This document shows, one piece after another, positions 50,001 to 62,000 of a stretch of DNA of 64,000 nt. The stretch is from Phaeosaccion multiseriatum (Eukaryota; Protista; Ochrophyta, other classes). Below the pieces are notes generated by a model. It saw nothing but the letters and a program-made list of their open reading frames with translations. It did no database searches and was not told the origin of the DNA. The stretch is from positions 1,302,001-1,366,000 of the forward strand of contig OZ218951.1 in NCBI GenBank assembly GCA_965112735.1, read 5' to 3'. The position numbers were made by a program, and so were the translations under genes. Within the stretch, counting starts at the first letter, position 1. Each line of letters opens with the position of its first letter.

Positions 50001-53000
50001 CTAGGCTCCGCTGCCTGCCAGGACTACCATGATGTGTCGCTCGGATGACTCTGAGAACCTCTTTCACGTCTCGCTTCCCGCTACTCGTCATCGGCAGGGC
50101 ATCCACGGCCACAGCCTTGCTCGGCACCATGTATGCCGGCAGCAGCTTGCTCACTCCTTGCAGAACCATCTCAACTTTGGCACTAGAAGGTGTCAGAGCC
50201 GCCACAACCGTCTCGCGCTCTCTGTCCACGGCTGCCACAGCGCTCCTCACCCCCTCTTGATGGAGCAACGCAGCCTCCACCTCGCCCAGCTCAATGCGAT
50301 AGCCGCGCACCTTCACTTGAGAGTCTCGGCGACCCCTAAACACCAGCGATCCGTCTGCCAGCTGCCGCACCAAGTCACCCTATCAGAATGTATTAAGTTT
50401 GAGACGCATCAGATCAGAAGAGTGCACAGGGCAACAGAGAGAACTACCTCCATCCCCCCCCCCCCCGTGCGTTTTCCGCTTTTCACTGCATGACAGGCCA
50501 AAAGCAAGCCAAATATACACACAACACACGCACACACAAAAAGCCGCACACCCACCACCATTTCCACTTACCGTACGATACACTCTGCACTGGTCCGTCA
50601 AGAAGGGCGCGGGGATGAAGGCCTTGGACGTGAGCTCTGGGCGATTCAAGTACCCACGCGCCAGCTGTCTCCCCCCAATGCACAGCTCGCCCTCCACGCC
50701 CTGAGGCACCAGCTGCAGACGCTTGTCCACCACATACACTTGCACGCCGACTCGAGGCTTGCCGATGACGAACCCACTCGACTGAGCCCTAGAGGAGTAC
50801 TCATGTGCGGTCACAGCAATAGTTGCCTCGGTTGGACCGTAGCTATTTACAAGGCGCAAACGGTGTCTCCACATGTCCACTTGGCCCTGCTTGATCGGCT
50901 CCCCAATCAACGCGACGGACCGTAAGGTGGCCTCCTTAGATCCATTGGTGATGTCTTCCGGTCGAAGCAGCGACAGCAGTGACGGGGTGCAGTACATGTC
51001 TGTTACCCTCAAAGACCGTATCACCTCCGGCAGGTCGTTCAGCATGGAGCCCTTCGCTGCCAGGCACAGCGTCGCCCCACACGACAACGGCCCAAACAGC
51101 GACGCCACAGACACATCAAATGTCAAAGCAGCACTCAGGAGCACACGAGAAGATGCCGTTATGGTCAGTTCCTCTTCGTAGAGAGTCGCCATGAAGCTGG
51201 CCGTGCTTCTGTGCTCAATCATCACGCCCTTTGGCCGGCCCGTACTACCGGACGTGTGAATCACGTACGCCATGTTCTCGCCCACGGCGTGGCACACAGG
51301 CTCGGCTGTACTCTCCACTTGCATCACAGCCAACACGTCCACACAGCTCACGTCTCCGACACGCCGCGCTAAGCTGGCATCGGCGGTTGCCAGCACCTCA
51401 GACTCGCCTACTGCCTTTTCCGTCGTCAGAACGACGCTCAGCCCGGCGTCTTGTGCGATCATCGACAGCCTTTCGTCAGGATGCTCGGGATCCAGGGGCA
51501 CGTACGCCGCCCCGGCCTTGAGCACGCCCAGCACTGTCACAACCGCCTCCACGCAGTCCCCAGCAATCAGCACCCCCACCAGGCACTCCGGCCCCACGCC
51601 CCTCCCCTGCAGCATGCATGCCACCGCATTCGCATGCCCATTCAACTCCCCGTAGCTCATCACCCGACCCGTCTCATACTCGTGCAGGGCTTCCTGCTCC
51701 GGACTGCGTGAGGCCATCTCTACGAAAGCCGCGTGCAGAAGGGGGGGTGGTGGTGATGCTTCCTCTGCACCTCCCTCCTCATCTCCATTGGCATCCCCCG
51801 CCACCAGTGCAGCGCCGCTCAACGTCTCCACCACCTTCACACGGTCCTCGTGTGCCAAGATACTCAGCTTCCACACGCTCTCGCCCGGCCTGCCCACTGC
51901 ACTCTCCAGCAGCGCCAGGAAGCTCCGCCCCAGGGTTTCCACTGTAGCCTGGTCGAACACCGCCGTATTGTAGCACAGGCTGCCGTGCATGTCCGACGCA
52001 CTGTCCGTGCTGCGCACAAGGTATAGCTCGATATCAGTCGCATTCTTCCAAGTATCCACACCCCCCTCCTGCAGAACAAAGAAGGCCTGCAGCGCGGTGC
52101 CACGATCATCTCTGCCCAGCTGGGCCCGCTCCACCACCTTGTGGAACGGTGCCTCGGCATGCTTCATGGCACCCAGATACGCGACCTGTACGCGAAGCAG
52201 CACCTCCCGAAAGCTGGGGCTTCCTCCCAGGCCCAGACGGAACGCGAGGGTGTTGACGAAGCATCCCAGCACTCCTTCCAGGCCTTGCGCCACGTCTCTT
52301 CCGAAGTGCGCAGTGCCCACCATCACATCCTCTGTGGCACATACACGAGCCAGCAGCACTTGGAACGCGCCCATGAGCCCCACGAACAGTGTAGCGGAGC
52401 TGCCCGCGCACAGCTTACTTAACTTGGCCACCACTGCACTGGGTAGCACCAAGTCCACCTTTCCGCTTCCTCTCTCTTGGATGCCTTCATTCACCATTGC
52501 TCCACTAAGGCCTCGTTGGTCATGCGTCCGATCGAGGGGCAGCTGCAGGGGAGTGGTACCAGCTAGCTGACCCTCCCAGTATTCAAGCAGCTCCTCGATA
52601 CTGCCTTCGTCGTCCAAGCGAACGCGTTGCCACCTGGAGTAGTCCGCGAAGCTGAAAGGCAGAGCCGGTAGGTCTTGTGCAAAGCCTTGCCCGGCCATGA
52701 CAGCCGCGCACACCGCCTTGAACTCGGCGTTGAAGAGCAAGTAGCTTGCACCATCAAAGATGCCATGATGGAACGTAGATACTGCGGTATAGTGCTCCTC
52801 CTCTCCGCTCTGCTTCGGGACGTGCACGACCAGCGTGCGCCACAGCGGCTGTCTCTGCTCCAAATCGAATGGACGAGCAATATCGGCCTCGATCAGGCTC
52901 CGAGCCGCATTAACGCTGCTGACTACGGCTGAAGAGAGACCAGCTGACACCACTTGAGCCGCCGTAATTCCAAGCTGAACCTGCCTCAGAGAGCCCTGCT

Positions 53001-56000
53001 TTGTCCACTCAAGCGCCGTCCGGAGCACGTCATGTCGCTCCACTATACTGCCTAACACTTGTGCTATCATGTCCACAATTTCAGCGGATGCTCGTCCGGA
53101 GATCAGCGAGACTGGCAGCGGCAGCACCACTGGGAGATTGTACACGCTCCCCCCCCCAGGGACAGTCGTCCGCAGTGCTACGTCTGAAAAATACATGTGC
53201 TCCTGCTGGTAAGCCGCGGGGGCGTCGGTATCCGAAGAGGACTGCAAGAGGGCCATGGAGCTGCCATTTGCCCCGGCCCCCGTTGTTTGATCGTCTTGCT
53301 CATTCAGCGGCCCCGAGTCGGCTCCCAGCACTTCCTCTTCGACCCATGCAGCCAGCGCCGTTACCGTTGGATACAAGAAGAGCACGTCGCTGGTCACATT
53401 CACCCCAAATCGAGACTGCAGCCGAGTACGCAGCTCCACTGTTGACAAAGAGTCAAGACCTGCTTCCATCAGAGGAGTGTTCGCGTCCAGCGCCTCCGCA
53501 CCTTTCCCTATGAGCTCCCTGGATACATCAAGCACCGCCAATCGCACTGCTTGTTGTCGCTCGCCAGGAGATAGTCTCGAGAGCTCCTCGCGCACTTCTT
53601 TGCTGAGCGCAATGCTGCTTGACGAGCCTGCTGCATCTGCTGCCACAAGATCTGCCAGTATCGGCACGCAACGGGATGCCCCCAAGCTGCCTGCAAACTT
53701 GCCCCAGTCCATGCCAGGCAGGACAGCCACATCACCCACGGACGCTGACGACATCGCAGCGGCATCTAAGGCAGCCATGCCCAGCTCAGCTGACACCGTG
53801 CCCACACCCGCAAGCTCCAACTGCTTTTGAACGATATCGAGCTGGGCGGCCATACCCACGTCTGCCCACGGCCCCCACTGCAATGACGTCCCTGCGAGCC
53901 CGAGGTGTCGCCTGTGCCGCATCAGCCCATCCACAGCCGTGTTCGCCGCAGCGTAGTTGGCCTGTCCAGCGTTACCCAGTACTCCGGCCATGGATGTGAA
54001 GCAAAAGAAGAAGTCAAGGCCAGGAGCGCGCCCCTCCTCCTTCGCCCAAGCCAACGAAAGCTCGTGCAAGTTCATCGCCCCCTGCACCTTCGGTCGGAAG
54101 ACGTTTGTCACACTCTCCGCCGTTTGCTCTCCCAACAGCTTATCATCCAGCACCCCGGCAGCATGCACCACGCCGCGCACAGGGGGCAGCAGAGGCAGCA
54201 CGCCCCCCAGGCAAGTCCAAAGTGCCTCAGCATCAGCAACATCACAAGTAGGAGTATGGATCAGCTCCACCTTGTTCCGAAGCTGCTGCCACTGTTCTGT
54301 CATGCTCTCGGCGACCTTCCCACTCCTCGACAGCAGCACCAGGTGACGAGCGCCCCTCGACGCGAGGTGCTGGGCCGTTACGAGGCCGAGAGCCCCCAGA
54401 CCGCCGCTGATGACGTACGTGCCATCGGACACCACTGGCACACCGTACGAGGGGTTGGTCAGCACCACCTTGCCGATGTGCTTCGCTTGGCTCATGTATA
54501 CCATGGCCTTTTGAGTATCCTCCCTCATGTCAAAGGGTATGGTCGGTAGGGGCTTCACATTGCCAGACATACAATCGTCAGCAAGACGCTGCAGCCCGCC
54601 ACTGATCCAGCCCGGCTCATGAGCTAGGAAGTCAGACTCAACCCTGCTATGCAGTGCCAGCAGCTCGTACCTCACATCGGGCCGGGCGGTGCGCAACTGC
54701 TCGTGACTCCACACGCCTCGCTTGCCGATGTCAACAAATGTACCACCCTCACTCAGCATGTCCAGCGAGAAGGGAATGTAGTCTTCGCTCAGAGAGTTGA
54801 GCACCACATCGACCTTCACCTCACCCATGGACTGCTTGAACGCCTCTGCGTCTCGCGATGACACAATGTGCTCCACTCCCAAGCTCCGGAGGAAGTCATG
54901 CTTCACAGCAGCACCGGCAGTAGCGTACACCTCTGCGCCGACCCGCTGAGCATACTGTACGGCAGCAAGGCCCACACCGCCCGACGCGGCGTGAATCAGA
55001 ACCTTCTCTCCAGCCTCGAGGCCCTCAAGAGCCTTCATCACGGTGAGGAACACGGTGGGAAGTGCAGCGGCCTGCTCGAAGCTCAGCACGGCCGGCATCA
55101 CGGCCAGACACACATCACTCGTCTTCATATGACTGCGCAAACATCCTCTGTCCGCAAAGCCAAACACTGCGTCGCCGACACTGAAGGAAGACTTTCCTTC
55201 CACACTGATCACTTCGCCGGCGAAGTCGGAGCAGGGATCTCCAGGGTCGCCACCAGGATACATGTCGAGCACATTCAGCACGTCCCGGAAGTTAAGGCCA
55301 ACAGCCCTCACTACCACCTCCACATAGCTGCCAGTCGGGGCCAGAGGCCGATGTTTGCCAACATCAACATCATCGCAGAGGAGAAAGGCGTTGGTTATAC
55401 TACCTCTTGCCTTAAGCTCCAGGGAAAACGGAAGAGTCAAAGCTGGGTGTGCAAGCTGAGGCGTCCAGCACTGCTCATCGTGTACCCACACATCTTCTGT
55501 GGTGCCAGAGAAGGCCAAGCCTAAGGCAAGCTCGCTGTCTGAGGGCTCCTTATCGCTCAGGTCCACCACGCCAATCTGCATGGAGGGGTGCTCCATCCTC
55601 GCAGTCCGCACCAGCCCAGTAACCCAGCTGTGACGCCAGTCCTCGCCACTTTGAACGCCTCTCGTCAAGACAGTCAGCGGTACACTCGACGTAGTGGACA
55701 AGCTCCTGAGTAGAGTCATCAGGGCGTAGGCCGCTCGTGCTTGCTGGCCCCCTTCTGCGTCTTCTTCGCCAGCTCCGGGTATCAGCACGTACAAGACTCG
55801 AGTCCACTCGCCCTCTCCAAGAAGACGAGTACCATCATCCCACGAGGCGTCCATCCCCCCATACTGAGTGTGCACGTGCACGTGCACGTTCTCCGGAACA
55901 CAACGCCGCACTGCAGCAATGATTGCAGTCTCTCCTTCCCTCTCGTCCTGTGGAATAACCACCAGCCACTTCTGTGGCGCCGCCGCCTCAGTAGGGTCAG

Positions 56001-59000
56001 TATCACTACCAGGGGCCTCCTCCTGTGCAGACGGTTCAGCAACATGCCACTCCAATGCGTACATTGCACGACGAACGGGGCTGACGCGCACAAAGCCCCT
56101 CGCCCGCTGCACACGGAAGCCCCGCATCTCCACGAGCACCTCTTTGCTGTCGAAGTCTGCAATCACCACATCGAACTTTGCGCTGTCCGCCACTGACTGG
56201 ACCTCACTCAGCACCGTGTGCACCCACACGTTCTTTCCCGTCATGGAGGCGGAAACGACCACCTCGTCAAAGCCAGCAGGTAGGAATGGAGAGCCCCTCC
56301 TTTCCTTGAGCAGTTTCCTTGGCAGCGCTTGCATGATGGTGTGGGTAGCATTCTCCAGCACCGCGGGGTGCAGAGCAAAGCCCTTCATCTCCCACGGCTC
56401 GCACAGCTCCTCATCCATGGCACAAACGACCGACAGAGCCTCTCCGTCCCCTCCGTACATGTGGCGGGTCCGCTGAAAGCGGGGGCCGTACTGGAAACCG
56501 GCGTCTACGAATGACTTGTAGACCTCACTCGATACGTCATGCTCGCCAACTCTAGCTCGAATGGATTCCACGTGCAGCGAAGCACGCGCCGCGCTACGCT
56601 CCAAGACAGACACGTGCTTCATTCTTGCCATGGTGCCCTTGTCGCCCGTAGCACCTCCGAAGAACTGCCATCTGCCGCGTGAAGGGCACTCATCCCTGCA
56701 CAGACCATTGTATGGCGGTTTTGCGTCTTGTCCGTGCCGGCCTGTTGGAAACCCTCAATCTCCAGTGGAACCACAAAGCTGGCTCCTTGCAGGACTACTT
56801 GCTGTTCCACCCCGAGCTGTCTTCCTCCTAGAGCAGCGACGACGCCCACTTCAATGTACGTCACCTCCGGGATGATCACCACATTATTGACGGCATGGTC
56901 CTTGAGAAGGTCCTTGAGGTGAGGGGAGAAGGGGCTGGGGAGCCGCATTCCGTCTCCCTCCTGGACCACCTCGCCACTCGGCATAAAGGCCAGCGGAGGC
57001 TTGTACCAAGGAAATGATCGGCGAGTCGGACAAAGCTCAAGATGCTCCGGCCCCGCTATACTGCCCAGGGCTGCTCCAAACGAATCCTCAGAGCTCTTCC
57101 CGCGCGTGAGGGAGGAGATCCACGCCAGCCCCTCGCGACGCTCGCACTTGGCTCCCATGTTGCTCAGCACAGGGTTAGGGCCCACCTCAACGACGCTCAG
57201 GCCAGCCCCCCTCCCGTCTCCCATCCAGTGCTCCACCACCGTATGGATGCCTTCCGCGAACAGCACTGGCGACAGCATGTGTTGCACCCAATACTTCGCC
57301 TGCGTCACCTCCTCCTCTCTCACCACCTCACCTGTCACGTTGGACACCAGCGGAATGCGTGGGGCACTGAATGACACCTGCCTCAGAACCTCCTCCAGCG
57401 CACGTACAGCGGGCTCCATCAGAGGAGAGTGGAAGGCGTGCGACACCTCCAGGGCCTTGCAGCCCACCCCATCTGCCGTGAGCTTCTCCACCACCTTATC
57501 CACAGCGCTGCGAGCTCCAGAGATCACGCTCGCCCTCGGTCCATTCGACGACGCCAACACCACCTCGCCTGCCCCCCCCGCGGCGTCGATGCTTGCCAAA
57601 GTCGCCTCCTTGCCTGCCCTCACTGCGAACATCACTCCTTTGCCCTCGGGGCAGGCCTGCATGGCGGCTCCTCTCTTGGCGGACAGCATCAGCCCGTCCT
57701 CCAGCGACATGACGCCGGCCACGCACGCCGCCACCACCTCGCCCAGGCTGTGGCCCATCACCATGGACGGCTCCACGCCCTCCGACTTCCACAGCTCACA
57801 CAGGGCGTACTCCAGCACAAACAGGCACGGCTGGCAGTAGCGTGTCTCCTTCAGCAGCGCTTGTGCAGTCTCCTCCTCCTCCTCCTCCTCCTCCCCGTCC
57901 TCAGCGGCGGCAGGGTACATGAGCTCCACCACAGACTTGTCCAGCCAAGCCCGCTCCATGAGCAGCGTACTGCACCGCTGCACGCACTCGCGGAACACGC
58001 CCTCCTTCTCGTACAGCTCTCTGCCCATGCCCACGTACTGCGAGCCCTGTCCAGTGAACAAGAACGCCACCGGTGAAATGAAAACCTTCTTGCTTTGCTG
58101 CCCATCCAGCTGCAGCAAGACCTCACCCCTCTCAACCAACGTTGGTCCGAAGCTACTGAGCACCGCGTGGGCGTTGGTGCCTCCAAATCCGAAGGAGCTC
58201 ACCCCGACCACCACAGATCCATCGGAGTTGGTGGGTAAAGGGGTCATGGAAGATGGGAACAGGACTGCACTTCCCTCCATGTCGAGCTCTGGATTTTGCT
58301 CAATGAAGTGAAGATTGGGTGGAGCCGTCTTGTGCTGCGCCACCAGGACGGCTTTGATGAGTCCGGCAATCCCTGCCGCTCCCTCCAAGTGCCCGATGTT
58401 TGTCTTGAGCGCCCCTACAATCAAAGGCTTCCCTTCATCGCGGTCGTGGGCGAACACTCCTCTGAGAGCGCTCATCTCGATGGGGTCGCCGAGCGACGTG
58501 CCCGTGCCGTGTGCCTCCACGAAGCCAACGTCGTTTGGAGATAGCCCAGCATCAATCAAGGCGTCTGTGATGAGCTGCTTTTGAGCACCAGGGTTTGGAG
58601 CCGTCATCCGCGCGGTGGGCCCATTATGGTTCACAGCCGAGCCTCGCAGGACAGCCAGCACCTCATCGTCGTTGGTAAGGGCGTCGTCTAGGCGCTTCAA
58701 CACGATTGCTCCGCACCCCTCGCCTCTGACGTAGCCGTTGGCGGACTTGTCAAACGTTTTGCAGTGCCTTGAGAGCGAGGACAGAAGGGGGAAACAGGGA
58801 AGATTTAGCAAGAAGACAGGAGGAGAAGGGCGATTCAAGGTTCTCACTCTGCCTTATTGAACAAAGCAGTGGTGCGTGACCAGGTGCCTACCGACTACCT
58901 TATCGGGCCTTCACCTGCAGAGCATCATACTCATTAACTTCCTCCCCTCCCTCCCTCCCTCCCTCCCTCTTCTCTTTCCTTCCTCCCTGCTCCCCCCCCC

Positions 59001-62000
59001 CCTCTCCTCCTCCCTCACGCACACTCACGCACTCACCCGTCTGGCGAGAGAAACCCTCCTGAGGAAAGGAGCTTGAAGGGCGCCTCGCTGAGAAGCAGGT
59101 TCACTCCACCGACCACAGCTGTGTCACACTTGCCCAATCGCAGGCTGCTGCAGGCGTTGTCAAGGGCGACCAAGGAAGAGGAGCACGCCGTATCTACAGT
59201 TGAGCTGGGCCCCTTCAACCCCAGCGCGTAGGAAACTCGGTTGGCCAAATTCGACATGGAGGCTCCTGACGCCGCCTACACGCCCTCGCTCGCCTCGCCA
59301 GCTCCTTGGCTTGCTTTGGCCTGCAGCCAATCGCTTCCAGCGCAGCCGATGAAGACCCCTGTCTCGCTCTTGCGGAGACTGCTCTTGTCACAGCCTGCCC
59401 TGTGCAGCGCCTCGAAGGCCACCTCCAGCAGCACGCGCTGGTTGGGGTCCATGCTTTCCGTTTCCGCGGACGAAATGCCAAAGAAGGCGTTGTCGAAGAG
59501 GTGGACGCCCTCTATGAAGCCTCCTCGCCACTCTTTAGAGCCGCTTCCCCACCTGTCTCCTGGAGCTGTGGAGATGCAGTTCGATCCCGTGCAAAGCATG
59601 CTCCAGAAACCTTGGGGCGAAGTCACTCCTCCTGGAAAGCGGCACGCCATGCCCACCACCGCCAGCGGAGCTCGCATGCTTTGAGGCGAAGCCGAGGTGG
59701 AGCGCAAATCTCGCATTGGGTCTATGGCGGCCCTTCCCAGTACCTCGCCATCCAACCAGCCCACCAGCTCCGCCAAGCTGGGGTACTCAAAGAGCACATC
59801 GGCGGTGGCTGTCACCCCCAAGTCAGCGTGAAGGCGATTCCGCACCTCCACGAGTGCCATCGAATCCAGGCCTGCCTCCATCAAGGGCACATTGTCCTCC
59901 AGCGGGGGCATGTCTGCATCAACACACTTCAGCACGGTCGCCTTGAGCGCTTCCAGGAGAGCAACGCGTCGATCCTCTGGGGATTGCGCAAAGAGAGTCT
60001 TGCGCAGCTGTGAGAGGGCGTCTCCAGCTGGGAGAGAAGCAGATACAGGACCCTCGCAATCATGTGCTGGTGTTGCCCTCTTAGGGAGAGGAAACTCTCG
60101 CGACGCGGGGAAGCCCTGCCAAGGGGTGCCCACTCTCTCTGCTGCGCCTTTGGGCCTCATGCCGCCATAGCTTCCCAAGATGACGTGGGCGTTGAAGCCG
60201 CCAACGCCGTAGGAATTCACCCCTGCGAGCAGCGTCGAGCCGTCAGAGCAGTGGGAGGAGAGGGGCGTCCTTCGGGTGGGCAGCGTGACGGGCACGCCCT
60301 CCAGCTTCAGGTTGGGGTTGACCTCCTTCAGGTGTAGGTTGGCTGGGGCCTCTCGGTGTTGTACTACCAAGATGGCCTTGATAAGCTGAGCCATCCCTGA
60401 CGCCCCTTCCATGTGGCCTAGAGTAGTCTTGACAGTGCCCACTACAAGGGGGGATGCATCAGGCCTGTTGCGGGTGAACGCTGCCTTGAGAGCGCCTAAT
60501 GAGTATCACGCGACGTGCGTTCATGCGTGCGTGCGTGAGGGACGGAGAGAGAGAGAGAGAGAGGGAGGGAGGGAGGGAGGGAGGGAGGGAGAGGAGGGAG
60601 GGACGAGGGGAGGGCACGAATTATGCTTTGTTTATTATGTCTCATCACAGCATCAGTTTCCTAGTTGAGACGTAAGAGAGACATCACAATGATACTCCAA
60701 CACGCATGCCCCTCTTTAACCCCCTTTGCCTCCTTCAACTTGCCCAGTTCGATGGTGTCGCCCATGACCGTTCCCGTGGCGTGAGCCTCAACGTAGCCCA
60801 CTTCTCTCCCCTCGCACCCTGCCTGCCGCAGGGCGCTCTTCGCCAAGCTCTCTTGGGCGGCTCCCTTGGGGGCGGACAGAGAAGTGCTGACGCCGTTGTG
60901 GCTGACAGCAGCCGCCTTGATGATGGCGAGGATGTTGTCCCCGTCCTTGATGGCGTCCGGCAGGCACTTCAGCACGACGGCCCCGCTGCCCTCACTGCGC
61001 ACGTAGCCGTCCCCGGTCGCGTCAAAGGATTTGCAGTACCTGGAGCAGGATATGGGACACAGGAAGTAGAGTGGGGGGGGGGGTGGATCAGTGTCCAAGC
61101 AAGGGACCAGAGAGAAGAGAAAGGGCGCTTTGGAAGGAAGACTATAGATGCAGCAAGAGCTGCAGGAGCACACTCACACACTCACCCTTCCTTCGACAGA
61201 AGTCCCGCACTGGCCAGGCCGCCAAAGCCTTGGTCGTGGAGCAGCAGGTTGACCCCGCCAACAACGGCAGAGCTGCATTGCCTCAGTTTCAGACTGTTGC
61301 ACGCGTTGCTGAGGGCCACTAGGGCCGACGAACATGCTGCGTCTACGGTTTCGCATGCACCTACGAGGCCGAGCGTGTGCGAAATGCGGCCAGCGAAACA
61401 TGCTCTGCTTGCCCCTGCCAACGTGTAGGCGCTGAGAGAAATGCCATCCGCGCTCTCACGCAGTAATGCGGGCCAGTCACTCCCTGCAGCGCCCACAAAC
61501 ACGCCAACTCGGTGACCTTCAAGCCTGCGTCGGCCCTCGTAGCCGGCTCTGTGCAGAGCCTCGTACGCCACTTCGAGCATGATGCGCTGGTTGGGGTCCT
61601 GGGCCTCCGCCTCGGCGATGGACATACCGAAGAATGCGTTGTCGAACGCTTCAACACCGTCGATGAAGCCACCTGCTCGCATGACGGAGAGAGGAGAAGC
61701 GTCCAAAATGGGGTGAGTGGGGCGCAGATACAGGGAAAGAAGCGCCCAGCAAGGTTGTACATGCCCTGCAAAACAAACATCTGCAAGCCTCGTGAACACA
61801 GGGTAGAAACGCACCTCTCACTCCCCTTCCCAAGCCTCGCTCAAGGGGTGCATCGGTAACGCAATCCTCCTCCTTGCACAGCTTCACCCAGAGCTCTTCC
61901 GGGCTGTTGCAGCCACCGGGGAACCGACAGGCCATCCCAATGACTGCAATATCGCCGCTGCTTCCGTCAGAAGAAGGGGCTCCAGGAATGGAGCGAGGCA

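Noticed and set aside
59276-59278. TAG reassignment (alternative genetic code or pyrrolysine)
   Set aside because: TAG serves as the normal stop for other genes here (46700, 47066, 31270, 5190), and only one internal case is seen.
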